The position numbers and the translations under genes were made by a program. Shown in pieces: positions 44,586 to 60,320 of a stretch of 64,000 nt of DNA. The notes under the pieces are model-generated. The model was not told where the DNA came from and did no database searches. It was given only the letters and a program-made list of their open reading frames with translations. This DNA is from Octopus vulgaris (lineage: Eukaryota): NCBI GenBank assembly GCA_951406725.2, contig OX597838.1, positions 8,618,001-8,682,000 of the forward strand, given 5' to 3'. Numbering within the stretch: position 1 is the stretch's first letter; each line of letters starts with the position of its first letter.

Positions 44586-44629
44586 ACTTCGGACAGTGGT
44601 ATATTCTTTTACTTGTTTCAGTCATTAGA

Positions 44630-45030
44630 AACACTATACGAAGAAATTCCGAAGAGAGCTGAACAGCAGAAGGTCTTCAGAGAAGAAACCTACCTCAGGC
44701 AAGTGTCTCGGCCCTTAACGTCTTGCACTCTAAGGGGGCCGGGCCACATCTCGTTCGTAAGTGCTAAGTGCTCCTTTGCTGACACTCTTTAGCCACTTGG
44801 ATATCAGAGACTTCATCTAGTTGGAATTCCTCTCCGTTGCCACAACAGGAAATGCTCCCAAGGAAGGAACGGTACAGAAACCTGGAATATTCTAACAAAG
44901 TCAATCTGAAATTTATTCAATCAACATTCCATCCGCGACCAACACTGCTCAATTGAGGGAAATCTGGCTGATCCAAGCCATGCTCAACTCTCTCGCCCTT
45001 CTTTGAGAAAATTTACTGAATGATCGCAGT
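44630..45030 (+). pseudogene. Degenerate coding-like remnant, possibly LINE ORF1
   Basis: Fragments such as INIPS..LREIWLIQAML with stops and frameshifts; family not secure. Confidence 0.3.
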
Positions 45031-45329
45031 TTATCTCTTCTTCCTTTATCTAAGCACGTAACCAACCGCAGCCATTACATTTGCTACCACCAGCATCTTT
45101 ACTACAACACCCATCAGCACCACTAAGAATCACTGAGTGAGCCTCTGAGTAGTCACACGATCTGCTAGAAATAGTCACTAAATACCCTTCAAATCGCACG
45201 TACACACACACACACACACTGCTATCTTAAAAGAAGACATAGAACTATGAAGTGGTAAGCATGCAAATATTCTCTGTCAAGTGGTTTTTGAAATGGTTGA
45301 TGAGAACTTGACCGGAGTGAAACAAGCCT

Positions 45330-45620
45330 GTTCTCAGGCATCCCTAATCACGCCCACCGCACTACGTCCTTTTCCATGGCCACCAAACAAACAAAAACTG
45401 CTTGTCCTTCACGGCCAAAGAAAGACAGCAAAAGGGAAACCTCAACAGACAGTCTTTTAAACCGTCCTTAAACGAGGACACAAATACATGACAAAACTTC
45501 ACAAGTCAGCAATGTTCGATACCAAACGAACGCTTCGAGAATGGTTTCGTTACTTTCCGTGCATCTACGATGGTTAACCGTTAAGGCCATACTTGTAGAA
45601 CTTGGCAACCATTGCATCTT
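45330..45620 (-). pseudogene. Tx1/L1-like ORF2 C-terminal (zinc-knuckle region) remnant
   Basis: Minus strand RCTESNETILEAFV..FGREGQAVFVCLVAMEKDVVRW. Confidence 0.6.
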
Positions 45621-45974
45621 AAACTGACACTCCGTCGGTTATGATGACCAGCGTTCCAGTTGATCCAATCAATGGAACAGCCAGCTCGTCGAATTAACAT
45701 GCAAGTGACTGAGTACTCCACAGACAAGCGTACCCTTAACGTAATTCTTCACCAGTGCATTTTGAGCCCTTTATGAGCCAACGACCCAAATCTGACATTT
45801 GACCAGACACAGCATAGAAGGCGTTCATCGTTTCCGTTTTTTCTATTTTTATTTATAACTTCATATCCCTATGTTTTCTTTTTTTTTCCAAAGACTGTAA
45901 TGAGTGTGATTTGAAGGAGATTTGGTTGTGATTTCTAGCAGATCGAGACACCAAGTAGAGATTCACTGGATGAT

Positions 45975-47905
<1,931 letters not shown>

Positions 47906-48666
47906 GTCTCAAACCACATATTTTTAACCGAAATGGTCAAAGAAGGGAATGGCGGAAACGATGCAAAGAAATAAAGAAATACATTTCGCGCGAAAAGACA
48001 TGCTTATCTATGCAGGCACGCTCGAAAATAGGCACACACACACACACGCTTGTGTACACGCACATAGATATGTGTATGTATATGCATATATATATATATA
48101 TGTATGTATATACATATGTATATGTATATATATATGTATATGTATATATATATTTATATATATATATATATATATGTAGGTATGTATGTATATGTATGTA
48201 TATATGTATGAGCATATATATATATTTATATGTATATATATATATATATATGTATATATCAATATTTATACATACATGCATATATATATATATACATAAG
48301 TATATATATATATTTATATTTATATATATACATATATGCACATATATGTATACATATATATATACACACACACATATATATATATATACTTACACGCATA
48401 TGCACACATATATGCAAACAAATATATACCTATAGGAAGATATATATAAATATATATGTACATATATATAAATATATATGTATATATATATACACATATA
48501 CATATACATATGTACTATATATATAATTATATACTCATATATTCATATTTTATGTGTATATATAATATATATACATATATATATAAATATGTTAGTGTGC
48601 ATAACACGCATACATGTATACAGGCATATAACATGTATATACATATATATATATATATGCACATAC

Positions 48667-48723
<57 letters not shown>

Positions 48724-48978
48724 TATATTCGTTAAAGTCTTATGCATATGTATACACACACACACACACATGCCCAAACATGCAAGCAAACAAAAAAAAC
48801 AATTCACTGCAACAGAGGTGACGTCAACAACAACAACAGCAACGACAATAACAACAACATCAATTGTAGCGAGAACAAAAGTGTAACCCGAATACGTTGA
48901 CGACACGCCAACGGCATCAATTTAGGAGTCTTGAATGAATAACTTGTAAATACAGGAGCTTAATTGCAAGTGAATCAG

Positions 48979-49001
48979 CAGCGCCACCTAGTTTGCATAA
49001 T
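48979..49001. promoter_or_regulatory. CTCF-like motif with adjacent POU-like site
   Basis: CAGCGCCACCTAGT followed by TTTGCATAAT; CRE TGACGTCA at 48819. Confidence 0.4.
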
Positions 49002-49631
49002 TCCGTTACTATAGTCTCTTATTAGATTGAAGATTTCTTAACTGTACTTGTCCCTATATAGCGGGACCCCGCGACAGAGAGAGAGAGAGAGAGAGAGAAG
49101 GGGAAAACAAGGCTGTTTCAGGAAGGGGATAGGTGCAGGGGTAACAGCATACAGTATTTTTGTTCCTTTGTCCAAAGATTGCAGAGATGAAGGTATTAGT
49201 ATAACTGTTTTCTGTTGTTGTTTATTTCAGGTCTTTTAGTTGCTTTTTGCAATTCATATTGTTGTTCTTGTTGCTGTTCGTATTGTTGTTGTTCTTCTTT
49301 TAATTCCTTTATTACGATGGTTCTCTTTCTTAATTTTCTTTTTAAAAATTTTCATTCGTTTCTAAATCTTTTTTACCAATTTACGTATATTACTGGAGGT
49401 TTTCGCTACTTCTTTTTTATTTGTTTTATTTTTTGGTTTTCTTCTTTCAGTCTTTATTATTAATTTAGTTCTCAATTTTTCAATTATACTTAATTTTTAT
49501 TTCTTCCATTCATTTCTCATTTTATTTGGCAATTTATAAATTCTTTTCTTTCTATCTATCTACCCAATTAGATATCTCTTCCTTACGCTGTTTCTCATCA
49601 TTCATACATAAATACGTACATATATACAAAT

Positions 49632-49666
<35 letters not shown>

Positions 49667-49847
49667 TATACACACATATACATACATATACATTTATGTA
49701 TACATGTGTATATATGTATGTATATATTATAAATGCAATCCCTTAAATGCAGTAAAGACATTTCGACACAGTCGAAGGACGTATACGGTGCATATATGTG
49801 TATTTCTGTACATCTATACACATATATATATATATACATACACACAC

Positions 49848-49939
<92 letters not shown>

Positions 49940-50091
49940 GGGCGCATGGCGTGGGTATGTGGTAAGAAGCTTGCTTCCAGAACCACTTGGTTCCAGGTTC
50001 AGTCCCACTGCATGATACCTTGGGCAAGTGTCTTCAACTATATCCTCGAGCCGACCAAAGTCTTGTAAACGGAAACTGAAAGAAGCCCGTC

Positions 50092-50145
<54 letters not shown>

Positions 50146-50229
50146 GTGTGTGTGTATGTATGTATGTATATATTTGTGTGTGTGTGTGTGTGTCTTCGAG
50201 GAGAAGGAGGAGGAGGAGGATATGTATGT

Positions 50230-50915
50230 TTTCTTTTGGGTTTATATAAAATTTTCCTGGGGAAAGAACTGGTTTCTAAGAAAGATACAAAAATTCCATC
50301 GTCGGAATGTAAATAACAAAGACAATATTTACTTTTTAAACTTGAGAAAATGTCTTCAATATTTTCACCACTCCACTTACAGATTGCACTTGTTAAGTGC
50401 AAATAAGCTGGTTGGTTTCTTTTTCCGGAAACCCTAGTTTATCCAGATTGTCACTTAGGTACTTACAAAGCCAAGTGCACCAATTATTATTGGTACAAAT
50501 ACGAATTTATAATTTGTATGTATGTATGTATGTATGTATGTATGTCTTTTTCTAACTTTTAATTATTACAAATCTTCCACTGAGAAGGAAGCCGGTTTCC
50601 AGCAAAGATACAAGGCTCCATCTTTGGGATGTAGTTAACACAGACAAATCTACATTTGGAACTTGAGAAAAGTCTTGCATATTTATACTGTTCCACTCAC
50701 TGATGGCACTTGTAATGTACGAATCAGACGGTCGATTTCTCTTTCTGAAAATCCCAGTTTATCCAGATTCTCCTTTAAGCATTTACTAACAAATCCTAGT
50801 GATCCAATTATTATCATTATTATTATATGTATGTGTGTATCTTTTATTTTTAACTATTAGAAATATTCCACTTGGGAGAGAGTCGATTTCCAACAAAGAT
50901 ACAAGGCTCCATCTT
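50230..50915 (-). mobile_element. Three tandem 3' ends of a second REL-type non-LTR element, each ending at (TACA)n-like sequence
   Basis: IIIGALGF..DNLDKLGFPEKE..QVQSVSGVVKILKTF; copies at 50230-50490, 50545-50813 and 50840-50915. Confidence 0.72.
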
Positions 50916-51224
50916 GCTTTCTCTTGAAGCTGAAAAAATTGTACAATCTATTGCTTAGAGTTTCATGATAACGATCATCAGTCAACTAAAAACAACCTCT
51001 CTTATTTTTTACTTGTCCCAGCCATTAGACCGCGGCCATGCTGGGGCCCATCTCGATGAATTCCAGACGAATGAATCGACCCCAGTACATTTTCTTAAGT
51101 CTCGTAATAAATTTAGCCGAACCGCTAAGTTATGGGGACGTAAACACATCAACACCGGCTGTCAAGCTGTAATGGGGGACACATACACACACACGCGTGT
51201 ATATATATATATATATAATATATA

Positions 51225-51418
51225 GTTAATCCAAACATGAAAGCACAAAGAGAAAACACAACAACGCGAGGACGTGAAACAAGTGTAGTGTCATTGGACG
51301 CTCAGGAAAGGAAAGGATTTTAACGTTTCGAGCGGAGCTCTTCGTCAGAAACATAGGAAAAGGAAAATACAAGGAAGGGAAGACGGAGGAAAAAAAATCT
51401 CCAACGATAAACACGCAG

Positions 51419-51420
<2 letters not shown>
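51225..51420 (-). mobile_element. ~195-bp HHR-bearing short element flanked by (TA)n
   Basis: 51319-51351 minus strand UUU-CUGACGA-a-GAGC-ucc-GCUC-GAAACGUU-AAA, canonical core. Confidence 0.82.
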
Positions 51421-51481
<61 letters not shown>

Positions 51482-51829
51482 GTATGTATGTATGTATGTA
51501 TGTATATATGTGTGTGTTTGTGTGTGTACGCGCACGCCTGTATGTGTGTATGCATATATGTGGGTATATATGTATGCATGTATGCATGTATGTATGTGCA
51601 TATGAATAAACGTATATATGCAAAAATAAATGTATACATGATTGCACGTATGTATGTATGAATATTTGAATGCATATATGTATGTATATACATATATATA
51701 TTTATTTATTTATTTATTTATGCACGTATGCACGCATGTAAGTATGTATGTATGCACGTATGCACGTATGCATGTTTGTATGTGTACATGTACGCATGCA
51801 TGTGTGTGTGTGTGTGTAGCTAAACGTAT

Positions 51830-51970
51830 GGTTTCGATTGTTGTTTCTGTGACGAGCTTTTGCCATTCTCCAACCGCCAACCTGTCAATGGACCCTAATT
51901 TGCATATTATTAGCGTTACTTCCGAAAAGAGGCCACGGTACTCTAATGAGATTTTCCATCACGGATGGAT
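51830..51970. promoter_or_regulatory. Candidate enhancer island
   Basis: Octamer ATTTGCAT, CTGTCA (TALE) and TAAT cores in unique sequence. Confidence 0.3.
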
Positions 51971-52325
51971 GGTGATGACGGTGACGACGGTGGTGGTAAT
52001 GGTGGTGGTGGTGGTGGTGGTGGTAAATGGTGGTGGTAAAAAACACTATATGGGGGCGGGTAAGGCGGCGGAGTCAATGTCAGCTTCACTGAATTTCAGT
52101 AATATTAAAAAAAAAATGAAGTTGAATAGATGAGAGAGTGAGAGAGAGAGATGAGGAAGGGTGATAGGGAGAGGAGGGGTGAGAGTATCGGAGGATGAAA
52201 GAGAGAAGGAGAATGTGCGTTAAGAATGTAGAGGGGAAAGGCATCATGGCCACACAACCCCGATATCCATCTTGCACGCGCGCGCACACATGGCCCTAGA
52301 CGTCAATATACATGCATATAAGCAT

Positions 52326-52492
52326 ACAGGGTGCGATGGGTAAGTTGTCACCATTTTATATTTCAATTTCGCGCATGCGCATTGTTGCTTTCGATTTTGT
52401 CGACGACACAGTATAGTAGGGTCAGTTGGACACCGTCTGTGAGAAAAATAGCACCATAACGCAATTCACTTTGCCAGAAATTTGGAAACGAC
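52326..52492 (+). mobile_element. Tc1/mariner-superfamily left end, truncated by a family C insertion
   Basis: TA-CAGGGTG terminus; TQFTLPEIWKR transposase-start-like sequence. Confidence 0.5.
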
Positions 52493-52940
52493 AATATTCT
52501 GCTCAATACCACAGATTTGCTTGTCAGTTGTTTGACCTTAACCAGTTCAGCATGTCCCTTAGTGGCTGACGATATGTGCATCTCTGATCACGAGCAGAAG
52601 TAGTGGGGGAGCATCATAGCCATGTGTTGAGAGGGAGTTTAGGGGGTTTGAATAATTCACCTCTGGGAAACATGGGTGTTTCGTTCAACATCCTTAAACA
52701 ACCCTTTTTCAGGAACTTTTTGAGCGGGATGGAGTATTCGACCAGAAGAAATTTCTAACTGGGCCCCACCTGCAAGGTCATGTGCTGTTTATCTTGATAT
52801 GAGATCACCATGTCGCGCACATATGGTTGTGATGCATGTGCCTAGTGTACCCTTATCAGACGGGTAGTCATGATGGGTATACTGGGCTTCGTATATTTTA
52901 CCCCAGTGTCACTTTGAAGGCATGCACTGCTCTCTCACTC

Positions 52941-52992
<52 letters not shown>

Positions 52993-53546
52993 GCCCTGAT
53001 GCAGTACCAGGCAGAGGCTCTCATGGCTTCTGATCTTAACTGATTGGAAGTGTTATCATGTACATTGTTCTGTCTTGGTATAAAAGATGGGCTACAGCAA
53101 ATATTCTGCTCAATACCACAGAGTTGCTTGTCAGTTGTTTGACCTTAACCAGTTGAGCATGTCCCTTAGTGGCTGACGATATGTGCATCTCTGATCACGA
53201 GCAGAAGTAGTGGGGGAGCATCATAGCCATGTGTTGAGAGGGATTCTTTGGAATTTGAATAATTCACCTCTGGAAACATGGGTGGGTTTTTCAACATCCT
53301 TAAACAACCCTTATTCAGGGACCGTTTGAGCGGGATGGGCTACTCAACCTGAAGAAAATTCTAACTGGGCCCCACCTGCAAGGTCATGTGCTGTTTATCT
53401 TGATATGAGATCACCATGTCGCGCACATATGGTTGTGATGCATGTGCCTAGTGTACCCTTATCAGCTGGGTAGTCATGATGGGTATATTGGGCTTCGTAT
53501 ATTTTACCCCAGTGTCACTTTGATGGCATGAACTGCTCTCTCACTC
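52493..53546 (+). mobile_element. Two tandem family C elements (52493-52940 5'-truncated, 52993-53546 full), each followed by (AAT)n
   Basis: Reverse complement of 36046-36600. Confidence 0.9.
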
Positions 53547-54073
53547 AATAATAATAATAATAATAACAATGTGAGTATATATATGCTTACTCATGTGTAT
53601 GAGTGTGAATGTATGTGTGTGTATGTGCAAATACTTGTATGGGTGTATATACATGCATCTGTGTGCTTGTGTGATTTTGCGTGTGTACGGAGAGAGAAAA
53701 TGAATGCGTATATGTGTATGTCCGTATTAGTGTATATATGTATGCATATATGCGTGTATACATGTATGTGCGTATGCATGTATGTATGTATGTATGTATA
53801 TATGAATGTGTGTATACATGTATGTATGTATGTATGTATGTATGTATGCGTATGTATGTGTATATATGTACATATGTGTGTATGTATGTATGTATGTATG
53901 TATGTGTGTGTGCATGAATGTATGTATATGTGTGTGTATGTGTTAGTTGCTGTGAATCTGTCGATAGTATGTCCATGATCAGAGTAAAAGTTAATGGCGG
54001 CGGTGGTGGTGGCAGTGGTGATGGTGGTGGTGGCAGTGGTGGTGGCGTTTGCAATGGTGATGGTGGTGGTGGT

Positions 54074-54110
<37 letters not shown>

Positions 54111-54164
54111 GTGGTTGTGGTGGTGGTGGTGGTGGCGGCGGTGCTGCTGTTGCTACTCGTGGTA

Positions 54165-54201
<37 letters not shown>

Positions 54202-54569
54202 CGATGCGATGGTAAAGTTGTTAATCGTTGGTAGGAAGAGTGAGGGGGACAAAGAAGAGGCGGGGGTAGGGCGGCGGAGGGGGTGGCGGGGGGTGGCGGG
54301 GGGTTGACGGCGAGAACTGGTGGTGTTTCCTTCACTTTATATACACAAGAAAGGGCGAAAGGAACAGACTGGAGGGTGGGTGGGTGGGTGTGGGGGTGGG
54401 GTTGAAGTGGAATGATGAAGGAAGGAGGGGGGAAATGGTAGGGAGGTGGAGAGGAGGGATGAGGGAGAAAACAGTTATACATGTATATATGTGTGTGTAT
54501 GTATATGTAGATAGAGGAATATGTATATATTTGTGTATAGATAGATGGAGGGAGCGAGATACGTATAGT

Positions 54570-54628
<59 letters not shown>

Positions 54629-54942
54629 GTGTGTGTGAGTGAGTGTATATTTGCATATTGCATTTATATATATATATATACACGCATTTATATATCTATA
54701 TTCACACACACGTACATCTATATATGTGTTTATATGTATACATTATTTATATGCATATACGTATGTACATATATATGTATATATACACACACATATATAT
54801 ACGCAAATATATAGACATAAATATACATTCACATATATATACACCCATACATACAAATATGCATACATATACACGCATGCATATATATACAAGTATATAT
54901 GTATATATATGATATATATGTATATATATATGTACATATATG

Positions 54943-54980
<38 letters not shown>

Positions 54981-54994
54981 GCATATATATATCC

Positions 54995-55025
<31 letters not shown>

Positions 55026-55329
55026 TGTATATATACATACATATACACACACATAGGGTGGTGTGAGGGTGAGAGAGAGTGAGTATTAATAGAGAGGGGA
55101 GGGGAGGGGAGGGGAACGAAAGAAAGAGGGAAATATATGAGAAAAGAAGCGGTTTTAGAAAAGAGAAGGAAACTGGAAATCCGTGTTCCTTAGTCTGTGG
55201 AACGGTTGGGAATTGGAAAATGGGGCGCGGGGAGAGTTGGTAGGGCGGCGGAGGGGGACAGAGGTGATATGAGATGGCGTTGCGATAGCGGCGTGGACGG
55301 CGGCAGCGGCGGCGGTAATGTTGTTGTAG

Positions 55330-55498
55330 GTGGTGGTGGTGTTGGTGGTGGTGGTGGTGGTAGTGTTGGTGCTGGTGGTGGTGGTGGTGGTGGTGGTGGT
55401 GGTGGTGGTGGTGTTGGTAGTGTTGGTGCTGGTGGTGGTGGTGTTGGTGGTGGTGGTGGTGGTGGTGGTGTTGGTGGTGGTGGTGGTGGTGGTGGTGG

Positions 55499-55529
<31 letters not shown>

Positions 55530-55635
55530 GGTGGTGGTGGTGGTGGTGGTGGTGGTGGTGGTGGTGGTGGTGGTGTTGGTGGTGGTGGTGCTGGTGGTGG
55601 TGGTGGTGCTGGTGGTGGTGGTGGTGGTGGCGGCG
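55330..55635. repeat. (GGT)n tract
   Basis: Direct reading of the sequence. Confidence 0.95.
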
Positions 55636-55694
55636 ATTGTGAGGTGACGAGGTCTGGTGAGGTGAGGCGGCGCGCGGCGCGGGTGTGGTGGGGC

Positions 55695-55770
55695 GGGGAT
55701 GGCATCTCTACAAATTAATTGACAATTCCAACGCCATTGTTAATTTAACTGCAGGAAGCAAACGTCCGAC
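55695..55770. promoter_or_regulatory. Candidate homeodomain/Sox-site island
   Basis: AATTAATTGACA, CCATTGTT, TAATTTAA embedded in GC/CpG-rich flanks. Confidence 0.35.
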
Positions 55771-56030
55771 GAGCGGGGGGAGGGGAGGGGAGGGGGAGAG
55801 AGAGATATGGGCGCTGGAGGCCGGGGGGAGGGGGGAGGGGGGAAGAGCGAGGGGGGGAAAAAGAGAAGGAAAAGCAAAGCATCACACAAATACAACGACA
55901 ACAACAACAACAACGACAATAACGAAAACAATGGCGACTGCGACGATTTTGCAATAATGGTGGAAAATGAAATCACACCAGCAACAACAACAACTGCAAC
56001 AAAATAAAGCAACAACGACGACGACCACGA

Positions 56031-56061
<31 letters not shown>

Positions 56062-56222
56062 AAGATGGAGGATAGAAAATAATATAAAATCACAGCAACA
56101 ACAACAACAACAACAACAGCAGCAGTAACAACAACAGATTTTTGAATGGGAAACAGGCTATTTGTCGTGAGCCAGCTAATAGAATTGGCAGCGAGAGCAG
56201 TGATTCTTATAACAACCCCCAA

Positions 56223-56259
<37 letters not shown>

Positions 56260-56384
56260 CACGCAGATATATACAGGATCACCAGCGCCTCCAACGCTCT
56301 AAGCCGAGATCTCATCACTTAGAAAACAAAAGCTGCCCAATAAGGACCGCCCAATATTGACAAAGTGAGGGTGAGGAGGTGTAT

Positions 56385-57110
<726 letters not shown>

Positions 57111-57177
57111 ATATACATACACATAATGCATATACTTATATGTGCAAATATACGTATGTGTGTGAGTATATGTATGG

Positions 57178-57235
<58 letters not shown>

Positions 57236-57253
57236 GTTTGTATGTATGTATGT

Positions 57254-57295
<42 letters not shown>

Positions 57296-58689
57296 TAAGG
57301 TATAGGTTCGTACGGCGATCACAGTAAGCGCCTCTTGCAGACTCGGCTATCTATCTACATACACATGCACTTCCCGCTTACATCTACACCCCACCCGACA
57401 TCCATCCCTGATTGTCTTCTCCACTCCTATCACTACCACCCACACCACCGACACCTCTACCGAAAGATGCCATTGTCAATCAAACACAAACTCTATCTCC
57501 TCCATGTCTGTATTGTGCATCGAACAAATTGCCTTATAGCAATTTCTTGGGGTTTTTTTGTTTTGTTCTGTTTTTATTTTTCTTCCGGTTATTAACCTTC
57601 TGAGTTCAAATTCCGTTGAGGTCAACTTTTCCTTTCATCCTTTCTGGGGTTTGAAAGAACATAGTACCAGTCAAATACTGGGGTTCGATGGTCTCGCCTT
57701 ACCCACGCCGTCCTCCCAGTCCGCCACTTCAAAATCGCTACCGTTATGTCTTAATTAGAAACAATTATTTATCCAACCGCCCCATCCCCCGCCGCCGCCA
57801 CCATCCCCACCTCCTCCTCCTCCTCCCCTCCTCCTCGTATTCCCGACGCCTCCATATCCTCCATATTTTCACACTATCAACAACACTACAACCTCTACCC
57901 AACACCACCAACACCAACACCTCCACCACTATCGCCGCCACCGCCACTACCATCGCTACCATCACCATCATCATTATCATCATCGTCATCATCATCATCA
58001 TCATCATCATCATTATCATCACCATCACCATCATCACCATCACCATCATCATCATCATCATCACCATCACCATCATCACCATCACCATCATTATCATCAC
58101 CATAATCATCATCACCATCACCATCACCATCATCACCATCACCATCACCATCATCATCATCACCATCATCATCATCACAGCCGTAAACGCCTCCGCCATT
58201 AGCGCTGCTACCAACAGCGCCACCATTAAGGAGTTACTAACACCGACACTACCACCCCCATCCCTAACACCGCAAACAACAACAACAACAACACCGCCGC
58301 CGCCGCCGCCGCCGCCGCTGCTACAGATCCAACTCCGCCACCACCACCACTACCAACAACAACAACGACAATAACGACAACAACACCGTCACTTTCATCA
58401 ACCAATATTAATATTTCCAACATCACCGTCGCCGCCGCCGCCATCATCACCAATAGCAACTCCTCCCCCTCCGCCACCACCGCTACCACTGCCACTGCTA
58501 CCAACGCCCTTTCAACACCAGCAACAGCAATAATACAGCCGCCGCCGCCGCCGCCTCCACCACGACCAACACCTACATAAAGCCCCTCCCCCCCTCTGTT
58601 TATATTAGTATTTTTCCCCTCTTTTGTGTATCATATTTTGTTGTATTTCTCTCCTTAAAAACACAATGACACCGGGGGTTTCGTGTGTT

Positions 58690-59054
58690 TAAACTTGTGT
58701 TTCTCTCCCAACCTCCAACTTCTGCTCCACCTTCGACTCGACTCGACTCGACTCCACCTGCCCTCTCCCCCTCCACCTTCCCGCTGCTGCAATCAAATCT
58801 CACTCGACTCAATCTTTCTTAAACTCGCTTATTCGATTCCATTCCATTCTGTTCGGTCGGAGTCAAGTTAGTCGGGGGCGGGCGGGGGGCAGGGGCGGAA
58901 GCGGGGTTAGAAGAAGGGAAACTCGCAATTTTTGAGAAAATCAGCAGAATAACTGACACTTTACGGAAAGCACCTTCACACTCTGCCTCTCTCGCTCCCT
59001 CTCCCTCTCTCTCTCTCTTCCTCTCTCTCACTCTCTCTCTCTCTTACTCTCTCT

Positions 59055-59096
<42 letters not shown>

Positions 59097-59100
59097 TTAT
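58690..59100 (-). promoter_or_regulatory. Candidate promoter
   Basis: Initiator-like TCAGTT on the minus strand (58951-58956), (GA)n upstream, three GGGCGG boxes and GCGGAAG at 58876-58901. Confidence 0.3.
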
Positions 59101-59231
59101 CATCATCTTTTTTTTTCAACGCATACATAAACATATATATATGCATACATACATACTATCGTGCATACATGCAAACATGTACGCCTGCAAATTTAAATGC
59201 GCACATACTCTATACACTTACATATAGAGGG

Positions 59232-59319
59232 GGCTGGCCGAGTTGGAGCAAATATCAGAATTGAACAGCCGAAATTTGCTATGATGATTCGGTGTCTGAC
59301 TGAAGATTGAAGGCTTCGA
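59232..59319 (+). ncRNA. Non-circularly permuted hammerhead ribozyme candidate with kink-turn (copy 1)
   Basis: GGCUG/CAGCC, GCAAA-UA/GAAA-UUUGC, UCAGA/UCUGA-CUGAAGA, k-turn with UAU bulge and GA/GA. Confidence 0.75.
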
Positions 59320-59365
59320 ATGATTTGTCTGTGTTCCGTGTTCGTCCCTTCCTGTATTTCACGTT

Positions 59366-59453
<88 letters not shown>

Positions 59454-59539
59454 AAAAGACCAAAAGGGTACGGGCGTCGCTATAAATATATGTATATGTA
59501 AAAAGGAATCTAATGTGCTTGGCTTAGATTTTCCTTGGG

Positions 59540-59625
59540 GGCTGGCCAGATCGGAGCAATCTCAAGATTAATCAGCCGAAATTGCGAGGATGATCCGGTT
59601 CTCGACTGAAGATTGAAGGCTTCGA
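59540..59625 (+). ncRNA. Non-circularly permuted hammerhead ribozyme candidate with kink-turn (copy 2)
   Basis: GGCUG/CAGCC, GCAA-UC/GAAA-UUGC, UCAAGA/UCUCGA-CUGAAGA, k-turn with GAG bulge and GA/GA. Confidence 0.75.
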
Positions 59626-59939
59626 ATGTCCCGTCCGTGTTTTTTGTATCGTCTTCTAAATGTTTCACGTTCTTGTCCCAGTTTGTATTTTTTACATATT
59701 CATATATATATGTAAGTATATATATATAATATATATATATATAAGAACAGAGAGGAAAGAAAGAAGACAGTATAAGGGTGACGAAAAGAAGGAGAAAAAA
59801 GTTGTGCAGAATTTAGATACATACTACCAAGGTGAGCAAATGGTGTACGTACATCGCTAAACGTATATATAAACCCCAAATACGAAATAAGAACGTAACG
59901 GACGACAATAAAAACATACGGACATACATATATATATAT

Positions 59940-60097
59940 GCAATGGGCTTCTCTCAGTTTCCATCTATCAAATCCACTTACGAGGCTTTGGTCGGGCCGA
60001 GGCTATAGCAGAAGACACTTACTCAAGGTGCCAGACAATGGAACTGAACCTGGAATCATGTGGTTGGGAAGCAAGCTTCTTACCACACAGCTATGCC
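59940..60097 (-). mobile_element. SINE family A 5' half
   Basis: Head match. Confidence 0.8.
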
Positions 60098-60101
60098 TGA
60101 C

Positions 60102-60152
<51 letters not shown>

Positions 60153-60197
60153 ATATATATATATATATATATACGTACATATATACGTTTATATGCC

Positions 60198-60232
<35 letters not shown>

Positions 60233-60255
60233 GTACATATATACGTTTATATGTC

Positions 60256-60301
<46 letters not shown>

Positions 60302-60320
60302 TATACATGTATATATATAT

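Noticed and set aside
53170-53215. CUGACGA in family C as a hammerhead core
   Set aside because: Followed by GAAG rather than GAAA, and stems I and III cannot be formed
55190-55718. Poly-Pro and poly-Gly ORFs (formin- or extensin-like)
   Set aside because: Pure (GGT)n with no third-position variation or flanking domain
57688-58504. Low-complexity ORFs that look like a transcription-factor N-terminus
   Set aside because: Mixed trinucleotide repeats with stops between frames; starts within a SINE B remnant; no domain
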